Assembly (NCBI RefSeq): GCF_030144855.1
Contig: NC_082736.1
Location: 9,300,001 to 9,364,000, forward strand
From: Hypanus sabinus
Lineage: Eukaryota
Reading direction: 5' to 3'
Length of the DNA: 64,000 bases
Shown here: piece after piece, positions 24,494-36,469 of the stretch
Layout: every line of letters begins with the position of its first letter
Position numbering within the stretch: the first letter of the stretch is position 1
Notes under the pieces: model-generated
Databases searched by the model: none
What the model saw: only the letters and a program-made list of their open reading frames with translations
Told to the model about the DNA's origin: nothing
Translations under genes and position numbers: made by a program

Positions 24494-25507
24494 CTAATTG
24501 TGAGTCGGTTCGGATGTGCCAGGAAATGGGTCGCCACATAACCCCACCCCCCCAGAACCGGCGATACACCCCCCAATGTCCACAGTCTGGGCCAGAAACT
24601 GCTTGGGAGGTCGGCCTCTGCGCCGAGGTGCCGGAAACTCGGCCTGTTGCGCCAGGTCCACATGGGCCGGTTTGAGGCGGTCCACCGTGAAAACCTCCTC
24701 TTTCCCCCCAACGTCCAGCACGAACGTGGACCCGTTGTTCCGGAGCACTATAAACGGCCCCTCGTATGGCCGCTGCAGCGGTGGCCGATGCCCGCCCCTT
24801 CGTACAAACACAAACTTACAGACCTGTAGGTCTTTGGGTACGCAGGTCGGGTGCCGCCCGTGCTGTGAAGTGGGTATGGGGGCCAGGTTACCGAGCTTCT
24901 CGCGTAGTCTGCCCAGGACTGCTGCGGGATCTTCCTCTTGCCCCCTTGGGGCTGGTAGGAACTCCCCGGGGACGACCAGGGGCGCGCCGTATACCAACTC
25001 GGCCGACGCGGCGTGCAGGTCGTCCTTGGGCGCTGTGCGGATGCCGAGTAGGACCCAGGGAAGCTCGTCCGCCCAGTTGGCTCCTCGCAGGCGGGCCATG
25101 AGGGCCGACTTCAGGTGACGGTGGAAACGCTCCACTAGCCCGTTCGACTGTGGGTGGTAGGCAGTGGTGTGGTGCAGCTGAGTACCCAAAAGGCTGGCCA
25201 TAGCTGACCACAGGCTGGAGGTGAACTGAGCGCCTCTGTCGTAGGTAATGTGGGCTGGTACACCAAAGCGAGATATCCAGGTGGCGATCAGGGCTCGGGC
25301 GCAAGATTCGGAGGTGGTGTCGGTGAGCGGGACCGCCTCTGGCCATCTTGTGAACCGGTCCACAATAGTCAGGAGGTGCCGCGCTCCGCGCGACACTGGC
25401 AGGGAGCCCACAACATCCACATGAATGTGGTCGAAACGCCGGTGGGCGGGATGGAACTGCTGCGGTGGGGCTTTGGTGTGCCGCTGCACCTTGGCCGTCT
25501 GGCCCAT
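24494..25507 (-). pseudogene. Gypsy integrase core and GPF/GPY tail, out of frame with upstream pol
   Basis: [43 protein letters not shown]; the CxxC of the zinc-binding motif is missing at the frameshift. Confidence 0.9.
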
Positions 25508-27609
25508 TCACTGACCTGTTTGCGGAGTCCGTGCCAAACAAACCTGCTGGAAACCATCCGGAAAGTTGTCCGGATGGAGGGATGCGCCAAGTTATGAATA
25601 GAGTCGAAAACGCGGCGCCGCCAGGCTGTCGGGACGACGGGACGGGGCTGGCCGGTGGCGACGTCACAGAGTAGGGTCCTCTCACCCGGGCCCACGGGGA
25701 TGTCCTGGAGCTGCAAACCGGAGACTGCGGTTCTGTAACTCGGAATCTCCTCATCTGCCTGCTGCGCCTCTGCCAGTGCCTCAAAGTCTACCCCTTGGGA
25801 AAGGGCATGAACGGTAGGGCGAGAGAGCGCATCCGCCACGACATTGTCCTTACCCGAGACGTGCTGGACATCCGTCGTGTATTCAGAGATGTAGGACAGG
25901 TGGCGTTGCTGGCGGGACGACCAGGGATCGGACACTTTCGTAAACGCAAAGGTAAGCGGTTTGTGGTCCGTGAACGCGGTGAAGGGCCGACCTTCTAGGA
26001 AGTACCTGAAATGCCGGATTGCCAGGTACAGCGCCAACAGTTCCCGGTTGAAAGCACTGTACTTAAGCTCGGGTGGTCGCAGGTGTTTGCTGAAAAACGC
26101 CAGGGGTTGCCAGCGACCTGCGATGAGTTGCTCCAGCACCCCACCGACTGCCGTGTTTGATGCGTCCACTGTGAGGGCGGTAGGGGCGTCCATTCTGGGA
26201 TGTACTAGCATTGCGGCGTCCGCCAAAGCTTCCTTCGTTTGAACGAAAGCGGCGGCGGACTCCTCGTCCCAGGTAATGTCCTTGCTCGGAACCGACATCA
26301 GGGCGAAAAGGGGGCGCATGAACCGGGCAGCTGAAGGGAGGAAGCGGCGGTAGAAATTGACCATACCTACGAATTCCTGAAGGCCTTTGATCGTGGTGGG
26401 TCGGGGAAAGAGGCGGACCGCATCTACCTTAGCGGGCAGAGGGGTTGCCCCGTCTTTAGTAATCCTGTGGCCCAGGAAGTCAATGGTATCGAGTCCGAAC
26501 TGGCATTTGGCGGGGTTGATTGTAAGACCGTACTCACTCAGTCGGGCGCAGAGTTGACGGAGGTGGGACAGATGCTCCTGATGACTGCTGCTGGCTACGA
26601 GGATGTCATCCAAATAGATGAACGCGAAGTCCAGGTCCCGTCCCACCGCGTCCATTAACCGCTGGAACGTCTGTGCGGCATGCTTCAGGCCGAACGGCAT
26701 GCGGAGGAACTCGAAAAGGTCAAACGGGGTGATGAGAGCAGTTTTGGGGAAGTCGTCAGGATGCATCGGGATTTGATGGTTTCCCCGGACGAGGTCTACC
26801 TTGGAGAAGATCCGAGCGCCGTGCAAGTTTGATGCAAAGTCCTGAATGTGCGGCACAGGGTATCGGTCCGGTGTGGTAGCTTCGTTCAGCCTGCGGTAGT
26901 CGCCGCACGGTCTCCAGCCCCCCGTCGCTTTGGGCACCATGTGCAGGGGGGAGGCCCATGGGCTGTCGGACCGCCGGATGATCCCCAATTCCTCCATCCT
27001 CTGGAACTCCTCCTTCGCCAGTCGGAGCTTGTCCGGGGGAAGCCGCCGATCGCGGGCGTGGAGGGGTGGTCCCTGGGTCGGGATGTGGTGCTGTACGCCG
27101 TGCCTGGACATGGCCGCTCTGAACTGCGGTGCCACAACCGATGGGAAATCCGCCAGGACCCTGGTGAAGTCGTTGTCGGACAGCGTGATGGAGCCGAGGT
27201 GAGGGGCTGGCAACTGGGCTGCACCCAGGGAGAACGTCTGAAAGGTCTCGGCGTGGACCAGTCTCTTCCTGGGCAGGTCGACCAGTAGGCTGTGAGCCCG
27301 CAAAAAATCCGCACCCAGAAGCGGTTGGGCTTCGGCGGCCAGTGTGAAGTCCCACGTGAACTGGCTGGAGCCGAACTGTAGCTGCACCTGACGGGTGCCA
27401 TAGGTCCTTACTGTGCTGCCATTCACGGCCCTCAGGGGGGGACCCGGTGTCCTGCTGCGGGTGTCGTAACTCGTCGGAGGTAAAACGCTGATCTCAGCCC
27501 CAGTATCGACCAAAAACCGGCGTCCCGACCTTCTATCCCACACATACAGGAGGCTATCCCGATGGCCAGCCGCCGTAGCCATCAGCGGCGGCTGGCCCCG
27601 GCGTTTCCC
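25500..27609 (-). CDS. Gypsy Pol (protease, RT, RNase H)
   Basis: [51 protein letters not shown]. Confidence 0.9.
27552..27609 (-). other. Putative -1 programmed ribosomal frameshift signal
   Basis: G GGA AAC heptamer in the gag frame, 5-nt spacer, perfect 12-bp stem, loop GGCTA complementary to downstream TAGCC. Confidence 0.8.
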
Positions 27610-28271
27610 GGGAACTTGCAGGGCGGGCGACAACGGCGGGCTTCTGCGCCCCACCGCTGGTGGTAGAAGCACCAGTGTTCATTGGGCCGGGGGTTGGCGG
27701 GCTCTGCGGCCGGGCCTGGACTGGTTTGCTGCCGGGAGCGTGGCTGGGAGATCTGTGCGATGGACGCCCCGCTCACCTTTTTGGCGTTCCACAGCAAGTC
27801 CGCCCGGGCTGCCACCTTCCGGGGGTCACCGAAATCCGCGTCGGACAGCAGCAGGCGTATGTCCTCGGGCAGCTGCTCCAGGAATGCCTGCTCAAACATG
27901 AGGGAGGGCTTGTGTCCGTCGGCGAGAGACAACATCTCATTCATTAAAGCCGATGGAGGTCTGTCGCCCAAGCCATCCAGGTGCAGTAAACGGGCAGCCC
28001 GCTCGCGCCGTGAGAGTCCGAAAGTCCTGAGGAGCAGGGCTTTGAATTCCGTGTACTTGCCGTCTGCCGGGGGCGACTGTGCGAACTCCGCGACCTGGGC
28101 CGCTGTGTCCTGGTCGAGGGAGCTCACCACGTAGTAGTAGCGGGTGTCTTCTGAGGTGATCTGGCGAACGTGGAATTGGGCGTCGGCTTGCTGGAACCAT
28201 AGGTTCGGGCGCTGTGTCCAGAAACCCGGCAGTTTCAACGAAACCGCATGAACAGAAGCGGCGTCGGTCAT
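27582..28271 (-). CDS. Gypsy Gag (CsRn1-type, CHCC finger), 229 aa open
   Basis: [17 protein letters not shown] capsid-like start; [18 protein letters not shown]. Confidence 0.88.
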   Translation of the reverse strand: MTDAASVHAVSLKLPGFWTQRPNLWFQQADAQFHVRQITSEDTRYYYVVSSLDQDTAAQVAEFAQSPPADGKYTEFKALLLRTFGLSRRERAARLLHLDGLGDRPPSALMNEMLSLADGHKPSLMFEQAFLEQLPEDIRLLLSDADFGDPRKVAARADLLWNAKKVSGASIAQISQPRSRQQTSPGPAAEPANPRPNEHWCFYHQRWGAEARRCRPPCKFPGNAGASRR

Positions 28272-28383
28272 TTCTGGTCCAAAAATCGTTTGGACTGTCT
28301 GGGTCACCAATTGTAGCAGTGTGCTACACGCAGCGCTAAAATTACGACACGGAGTCGGTAACTGCAGTCAAAGGAAAAAAAAA

Positions 28384-28607
28384 CTGTCTCTTGATTGGTG
28401 AATAAAGCAGCTCCCTGATTGGAATATTTGCTCTTTCCAATCAGATCAGACAGAGATTCACCAATCATTAACATCCCCGTACATTCCCCCAGACTCCATA
28501 AGAATGGCGCTTTCCGGAAGCCTGATTTCGCATGGTCAAGACCTCAAGTTAATTTCTGAAAAAAAATCTATCTGATGTTGTATGTATTCAGGGAACCTGG
28601 TCGCTAC
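28384..28607 (+). repeat. Duplicate of 24099-24322 (histone-type promoter plus LINE stub) between a partial and a complete LTR
   Basis: Near-identical 224 bp; only 2 differences seen (GTCGG vs GCCTG). Confidence 0.92.
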
Positions 28608-30339
28608 TGTAGCGGTGTGCTACACGCAGCGCTAAAATTATGACACGGAGTCAGTAACTGCAGTCGAAGGAAAAAAAAACTTTATTCGAAATCTTCAGCT
28701 TCACTTTTAAGCCGCCCTCAACCTGCCCCCCATGGCGCAGCGGCTCCAAAGCCCTGTGCTCGCAAACCCCCGTAGGCTATCTAATTGTGAGTTGGTTCGG
28801 ATGTGCCAGGAAATGGGTCGCCACACTACCACATTTAAGTTCTTCTTTCCGAGATTATATTGTAATTGGGCGTTGTGTTGCAAGTTTCATAACGAGAGGG
28901 CTTAAAGTTTTGGATATAAATGAAATGTATGAGGCATTTGAAGACATATGTTCTTCCACAGGTAGGGGCTTTAAAGTGGTATATTATTATAACCATTGTG
29001 GAAGGTTTTTGATTGATTTGTTGGAGAGTATAAGTTGGAGTCCCTTAGCTCACTAAGGGTCGTATGGTGTGGGGATTTTAACACATAGTTAGAAAACTGT
29101 GGGTTTGTTCTCAGCATGATGGATGGTTTGATTGTAGAGGAGTTTTAGATATTCCACATCTTGTGTGTCTTAATGGTGGGAGAGGAACAAGATTTAATGT
29201 GCACAATAGTTCTGAAACTATTGTAAATGTAACTTTAGTTTTGAACATTGGAGTCAGTCGTGAGATGTCATGGGTGATGAAGCATTGGGAAGTGCCAATT
29301 CCCCTATATTTGTAAGGTTGGGGTTGGATTTATATCATGGACAGGAGGCCACTTTTAGGAGGTGGAACTTTAGTAAAGGAAATTGGGAGAAGTTTTAATG
29401 ATTTATGTGGTGAGCATCTGTATCAGCTGAATGATGTGGATTTCTACAAAGAAACGTTATGTTATTCATCAAACTGGGGTGGAAGAGATTCATATTAACA
29501 CGTGCATTAATAGGAGAAAGGCTGTGCCATGGTGGATGTAGGAGTGTGCAGAGACAATTATTGAGAGGAAGTTAAGAAGTACTGTATCACTCTCCAAGTG
29601 ATCATATTAAGGTTAACAGGTGACAGGCCGTGGTGAGGAAAGTAACAAAGGTTGTGAATAAGATTTAATGGAGGTCATATTGTGATAGTATTGGATGGAC
29701 TATTAAACTTGGAGATGTTTGGGGAATGATTAAGAAAATGGGAGTGTGGGATTCACAGTGTTCCCAGTATTGATTGAAAAAGTTAATACATTTGTTCCTG
29801 AAAGAGAGAAGGTTGAGTATTGGCTCGGTCATTTGCTGCAATTCATAATCAAAATTGGTTAAAAGACTAAACAACGTAGGGATAAGCTTTTAAGAGAATA
29901 CCTTAATGTATTGGAAACCAGCTGTAGAAATGATAGTGATGTAGAGTTTCCTTTGTGTGAATTTAAAAAAGCTATTAATAGTCCATTTCAGATGGCTCCA
30001 GGAAAGGATAATACATGTTATTGCATGTTTAAACATATGGCCAACAACTCTTTTGAGATAATATTACACTTCTTGAATCATACTTGGACTTCCAGGCCAT
30101 CTTCCCTCCTCATGGAAAATGGCAATTGCAGTGTCTATTCTAAAACCTGGGAAACCCCCGTTGGATACTTCCAGTTATGGACCAATATCACTGATGTCCC
30201 ATTTGTGTAAAGTTATGGAATTGATGGTAATAGAATGGTTGAATTATATTTTGGAAAAGGGAGGTGACGTGCTGTTGTTAATATACTGGATTAAATTGAG
30301 GGGGCAAGTGCTGGATCAATGCCACATGCCCCAAAAGCA

Positions 30340-31120
30340 GTCAATGTTTTTATGCAGAAAACTCAGTATCTACTTCAACACAGCAAGCTTCCACAAACAA
30401 TATAATCAATGGAACTGTCAATCCATGAGCTCCTATACAATCCCAATGAGGCGACACTCGGGTAAGAGGAACAACACCTTGTATTCCGCCTGGGTAGCCT
30501 CCAATCTGATTGAATGAACATTGATTTCTTCATCTTCTGGTCATGCCTCCCCTCCATCGTCATTCCCCATCCCCTTTTCACTTTTGTTACCTGTCCATCA
30601 CCTCCCTTGTGTGTACCTCCCAAATCTTCTTTCTTCCATGGCCTTCTGTTCTCTTATCAGACTCCACCTTCTCCAGCCCTGTATCTCTTTCACCACTCAA
30701 CTTCCCAGCTCTTTACTTCATCTGTCCCCCCCCCCTCCCAGTTCCACCTATCACTTTGTGTTTCTCGCTCCCCTCCCCATCTTTAAAATTTACTCCTCAT
30801 TGTTTTTTCAGCATTTTGTGTGTGTTCCTTGGATTTCGAGCATCTGCAGATTTTCTCCTGTTACTCAATGACAACGGGCATTTTGTATGACAACTGTCAA
30901 AGTCCCACTCACTTAGAAATGTAGATACGAAACCCGAGGTTCAGCAGATGCTGAGAATAAACTGCAAAGTACCACACACAGGAACTCAGCAGGTCAGGCA
31001 GCATCTAAGCAGAGGAATAAACAGTCTAGGAAGGATGAAGTGTCTTGGCCCATAATATTCACTATTTCTTCCTCTCCATAGATGCTGCCTGGGCCACTGA
31101 GTCCCCCCAGCATTTTGCAA
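30340..31120 (+). mobile_element. Penelope 3' fragment and inverted terminal-repeat pair
   Basis: EEQHL.FRLGSLQ.D.MNIDF remnant, pyrimidine-rich tail, hairpin 30935-31118. Confidence 0.65.
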
Positions 31121-31929
31121 ACATAAACCTCCTTTTTCAGTCAATCAGTTCCCAGATGTTTCTGAACTGTCATTTGCAGCCTCATCCTCCTGGTCTGAAT
31201 CCTTCCTTCTACACCCTGTAAACTTGAGGCTCCATCACGTCTGGAGTCCCAAAGCCCTCATAAGTGTAGAGCCCTCTTGTTTCTGCTTCATCGAATATTT
31301 AACCACCATTCTGCTCATATTTCAGAGGACAGCATTGTATTGCAACAGCCCGGCTGTGTGAGGCACAGCTCTTCAAAATCAGTAAAAATGACCCAAAACA
31401 ATGAATAGAGCAGAACACGAAGATTTTAACCACACAAGACGTCATCCTTGGTCCAGAGCTGTGAGGAATGAAGACTATTTGGGACAAAACCCTAGTGGAT
31501 TCATCTTCTGCAGTTTCCAGAAAGTTATGGATTTAATTCAAAGTAAACCTCTACAGTCACAGGCTGAGCAGTTGCAACCTGTATATTATAGGGTGAATGA
31601 CAGGTGAACAGCAGTGATGGATTTGAAAGCTCTGGTGTAGAAAAGGAACAAAAGCCGGTACCAGATGGACTGAGTGGTCTCTCTACTGTACATTAGCTGT
31701 GTGACACGTAGGAGGCACCTGCGACACAAGATTTAAAATTGAGCTGATTAACTTGTCACAGATCCACAATATTAATGCCAGGGTATTTTCAGACTAACAT
31801 CAGCAGAACGAACCCTCCAGGGTTCAGTCACAATATCTGCAGAATCTGATATTGACAATCTCACATGAACTTCCAACTAGATTCAGTCATCATGATGGTT
31901 AAAATGTTCACCTAGGTCTTTATTAAACT

Positions 31930-32527
31930 TCCTCCCTGATGTGAAGTTGCCAGTGTTTCAGCAGGTGGGATGACTGAGTAAATTTCTTTGCTGACACAAG
32001 ACCGAAGTGTGTCCTCTATGTATTATAAACTCACTGGAGCCTCACAAAATGGGTGAACTGAATGAATCTCTTCCCATGCTTGGAACAGGTGTGAAGCTAT
32101 ACTGAGAGACAGAGACAACTGAGCCAAGTCTAGCTGCTCACTGGTGTGACCCGGCTGATGATGTAAGAGCTCATGTGACTGAATGAATCCCATCCTACAG
32201 ACGGAGCAGGTGAATGCCCTCTCCCCATGTGAACTGGCTGGTGTATCTGCAGGTTCAGTGGCCTGGCGAATCCCTTGCAAAATGAGAGGCAGCGAATGTC
32301 AGCTCAGTGGTATCAACTCTGTGGCTATTTATCAGGCCAGATCAGGGACATGTCCACGTATTGGGGTTCTCCTTGCTCAGACTGGTGGGCAGTCTTCTCA
32401 ACCATCTCCTCCTTCACATTCAATGATTAGTAGTATTCAAATGTTGGGGAACTGGCAAACACATGATTACAGACACACTGTTGTGTTTGAGATTCTCAGA
32501 CACAAATTCTTTGCCTTTTCTGCCCTG
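31930..32527 (-). pseudogene. C2H2 zinc-finger gene last-exon remnant
   Basis: HGERAFTCSVCRMGFIQSHELLHHQPGHTSE and other decayed finger units; acceptor-like TTTTACAG immediately upstream. Confidence 0.7.
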
Positions 32528-33589
32528 TAAAATGTTTGCAAAGAAGACCAATAGGTGAAAGACAACATTTCAGCTGAGATTATTTAGTTTTTTCGTTGAT
32601 GTCTGATGTCACACTGTTACAGTGAGGCTGAACACAATTTGGTGGATCAACACTTCTAACTGGGAATAGTTCAGGCATAAGGACACGACATCAGATTCTC
32701 TGTATTCCTCTCTGCCCTTCATCAAGCTGTGACGTGGCTCAGTTTGTCTCTCTCCATTAGTACAGCTTCACATCCTGTGTATCACACATTTGTTGGCATT
32801 TGGCAGTGGTAAACTCAGAGTCAGCAATGCCATTGAACCTGAAGAGAATGTGATCGGGCTTCCTCGTTGCAGACTGACACTGCGGTATTCTTGTGGTGTG
32901 AATGCTACTGGTACCCAAGTATGTTATTGTGGGTTTTTACAAATAAAATGGCATGAGGCATTTTATGTTTCGGGACAAATGTAACAACTCATTTATTATC
33001 CTCCAAACACAGAAGGAAAGCATGGTTTAAAAAAAAGACGTAATTACATCATAACATCTGTCCAGCCTTTTAAAGAGAAACAGAACTCAATGTTGGTGGT
33101 TGTTAATTCTGCATGTTTCCACCCATTACATTAATCTACACAGACACCCCTTCCCCCCAGTCCTCTCACTGCTCCCCCCTGTGATTCTTATAGCAGTTTA
33201 TTTCCTTTCAATATCAGTTCTGTCCGTTTGACTACCTTCCTCACCACCCACAACTGCACCAACATTCATGTCATCAATGATCTGATCAGCCCGTGTGTAT
33301 TTTAATCTGATCAGACAGAGGCCCCATCACTGATCACTGTGGACACACTGGTTACACATCCAGAGTCAAAATCATTCTCAATTCCATCAGCTCGAATGTT
33401 GCTACACAATACACCCCATTCAAACCCTCCCACACAGAGACTCGAGGGAAGTTACATATTTATCACAAGCCCACAGTTGGATTCAATGGTCTGGTCTTGT
33501 TGCTCTGGATGCTCTGCTGCAAAGTCCATTCAGAGCAGTTCAATGTAACCAGATACATCATCCCCGAGATACCAATATACAACATTGTG

Positions 33590-34050
33590 TCACAAACAAG
33601 AGAAAATCTGTAGATGCTGGAAATCCAAGCAACACACATAAAATGCTGAAGGAACTCAGCAGGCTAGGCAGCATCTGTAGGACAAAAAAATACAGCCAAT
33701 GTTTTGGTCCAAAAATATTCGGCAAGACTGGAGACAAAAAGACGAGGATTAGATTAAAAAGGTCGGGATAAGGGAGAGAGAAATCAAGGTGATGGGTGAA
33801 TCCTGAAAGGGAGGAATGAAATAAAGAGTTGGGAAGATTGGTGAAAGAGAGAGGAGGCCATGGAAGAAAGAAAAGAGGGGAAGAGCACACGGGGGAGGTG
33901 ATGGGTGGGCAAGGTCAGAGACGAAAAAGGGGAGGGAAATTGGTGAGGGGGGGCATCACCAGACATTCAAGAATTTGATGTTCATGATATCAGTTTGGAA
34001 GCTACCCAGATAGAAAATGTTGTTCTTCCAAGCTAAGTGTGTCCTCATCG
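33590..34050 (-). mobile_element. Penelope 3' end
   Basis: Reverse complement of the pseudo-LTR tail and of the GIY-YIG C-terminal region. Confidence 0.65.
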
Positions 34051-34168
34051 CATTGTATGATTTTATTTAAGAAGCAAACTTGATTTCATCAGAGTTCAAT
34101 AGTAAGCATGAATCTGAAAGAATTACACTGCATGAGAAATTAGAAGATACAGTGTGAAGTCCAACTGC

Positions 34169-34473
34169 CACGCTGTACCAGATAGTGATGGGTACAGAAT
34201 GGATCCCGCACTCTCACAATGTACCAGAGACTGATAGATACAGAATGAACCCCACACACTCACACTGTACCAGAGACTGACAGGTACAGCATGAACTCCA
34301 CACTCTCTCACACTGTACCAGAGACTGACAGGTACAGAATGAACCCCACACACTCACACTGTACCAGAGACTGACAGGTACCAAATGAACCCCACACTCT
34401 CACACTGTACCGGAGACTGACAGATACAGAATGAACCCACACTTTCACACTCTACCAGAGACAGATGGGTACA
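34169..34473. repeat. Minisatellite, ~46-bp unit, about 7 copies
   Basis: CACACTGTACCAGAGACTGACAGGTACAGAATGAACCCCACACACT at 34169, 34215, 34261, 34309, 34355, 34401, 34446. Confidence 0.9.
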
Positions 34474-34972
34474 GACATTCTGTTGTTTAACAAACATGGA
34501 CAACCCTCATCACCACCTCAGTAGCACCACTTTACACTGCAATGGGCTCTTCTTGAAATTCTGTTACCTCTTTATAATTCTGTAGAGTTTATTTTAATTC
34601 TGTGAATGTTGTGTCTCCGATACTGTGTGTCTCTGAATCTGCTGTAAGCCAGTTGTATATAGCAATAAACGACTTTCATCCTCACTCAGAAATGGGTATC
34701 TCATGATGACAAATGGACTTTCGATCTCCTTCTGCCATGTTTCTTTATATAAATGTTTCATATTATCAAGAGTGTGTTTTTCTCATTTCATCTGCTTCTC
34801 TACCAGATACGATAGGTTGAATGGCCGAATACTGCACCTGTACTTTATGGTCCATTTTGTATTTTCGATTTCCTTCCTGCCGAATTTACCAACAGCGGCA
34901 ACTCCCAGCGATCAGCGCCAGTTCCCATTCCACGGTGTTACCCAAAGCGACAATGGGCAGTGGAGAGAGACA

Positions 34973-35215
34973 AAGCAGGTTCACCCGGATACTGGCATCT
35001 CCTCCAAGGCCATGGGCATCATGAACTCGCTTGTGAACGATATCTTTGAGTGTAACGAGGGTGAGGCTTCCCGTTTGGCCCACTTCAACAAGCGGTTGTC
35101 CATCACTTCCCGGGAGATCCAGACCGCCGTGCACCTGCTGCTGCCCGGGGAACTGGCCAAACATGCCGTGTCCGAAGGGACAAAGGCGGTGACCAAGTAC
35201 ACCAGCTCCAAGTAA
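34973..35215 (+). pseudogene. H2B: Histone H2B pseudogene, 5' part deleted
   Basis: Starts at KQVHPDTG, ends TKYTSSK*; several substitutions ([11 protein letters not shown]); stem-loop AGCTCTTTTAAGAGCC at 35247-35262. Confidence 0.9.
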
Positions 35216-35684
35216 AGCTCCCCAGTGAGCTGATCAAAAACACAACAGCTCTTTTAAGAGCCACTCACAATTTCAATGAGAGAGTTGTACTACCATTTAG
35301 GTAATAAATTATACATATTTTATGTCCGGTGACTTTTACAAGAGCTAAGTCACGGTTGGCATAAACTCCCACTGCAGTGAAAAGGAATCGTTACCTCCCC
35401 TCCACATCAGTCCGTCCCACTCGGTATCCACGCCAAGCGGAGGATTGCTGCCGTTGTTGTTTTATTTCTGGCTTCAGGAGTTTATTGGTTGCAGTTGGCT
35501 AACACCTGAATCTCATTTTAACACAAGCCTGGAAGACCTCATGACTCTTTCATAGAACAACTTTTTAAAATTGCAGACTAGACGCCGTTTACAGTTTGGG
35601 AAGAGCCGTTTGTCCATAACCTGATAACGTTCACACAGTGACCGACCGCGGGCAGAAGCTGAGGGTCAGTTTTTTTCGGTTCGT

Positions 35685-36225
35685 GGAAACTTAGAAAATA
35701 GGTGCAGGAGTAGGCCCTTCGGCCCTTCGAGCCTGCACTGCCATTCAGTATGATCATAGCTGATCATCCAACTCAGAACCCCGTACCTGCTTTCTCTCCA
35801 TATCTCCTGATCCTTTTAGCCATAAGGGCCATATCTAACTCCCTCTGAAAGATAGCCAATGAACCGGCCTCAACTGTTTCCTGTGGCAGAGAAATCCAGA
35901 GATTCACCATTCTCTGTTTGAAGAAGTTTCTCCTCATCTCGGTCTAAAAGGCTTCCCCTTTATCCTTAAACTCTGACCCCTTGTTCTGTACTTCCCCAAC
36001 ATCGGGAACCATCTTCCTGCCCATTCCCTTTAGAATTTTATACGTTTCAATAAGATCCCCCCTCAATCTTCTAAATTCCAGCGAGTATAAGGCCCGTCGA
36101 TCCAGTCTTTCTTCAAATGAAAGTCCTGCCATCTCAGGAATCAATCTGGTGAACCTTCTTTGTACTCCCTCTATGGCAAGAATGCCCCCCCCCCCTCAGA
36201 TTAGGGGGCCAGAACTGCGCACAGT
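35685..36225 (-). mobile_element. CR1 LINE 3' end
   Basis: LYSLEFRRLRGDLIETYKILKG plus CR1 3' UTR. Confidence 0.85.
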
Positions 36226-36469
36226 TTTGAAAGGGTTGAAAGGAATTAGAGAATTGAGTTCCCAGACACTCCAATATCAACTACACTTGTGTTAAATGGG
36301 CCCTGTTTCAGTAACAGAGGGAAATGCGAAGACCTAATCTTAAAACAGGTCTGGAATTATTTAATTTCAAATTATATTTTAATAATAGGTTGATTCTTGG
36401 CGGGCTTTTTCCAAATTTCAGTGCACTTTGGGGAGGAGACGGTTACTATCCGTGCTTCTGCTTTTAAGG

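Larger units (their letters stand above)
24323..28825 (-). mobile_element. Near-complete Gypsy LTR retrotransposon, CsRn1 clade
   Basis: LTRs 24323-24538 and 28608-28825 (plus partial 28312-28383); 4-bp TSD CTAC; tRNA-Trp PBS TGGTGACCC (28309-28301); PPT next to 24538; Gag C-X2-H-X9-C-X3-C; PR-RT-RH-IN order. Confidence 0.92.
24248..30270 (+). mobile_element. Nimb/I-group-like LINE ORF2 fragment (APE to early RT), split by the Gypsy insertion
   Basis: DVVCIQ.TW before the LTR, resuming after 28829 with VWCGDFN-like remnants; APGKDNTCYCMFKHM; AVSILKPGKPP..SYGPISLMSHLCKVME. Confidence 0.65.

Noticed and set aside
24445-28200. Many long overlapping or antisense ORFs and high GC suggesting bacterial DNA or extra genes
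   Set aside because: All lie over the GC-rich gag/pol of the Gypsy element, which is bounded by LTRs and a TSD; shadow ORFs are expected
34169-34473. CRISPR-like array
   Set aside because: Head-to-tail units with no unique spacers, no cas genes, vertebrate context
34703-35215. 170-aa ORF as a novel N-terminally extended H2B
   Set aside because: The N-terminal part is upstream/promoter DNA joined by a deletion; the histone part has several damaging changes
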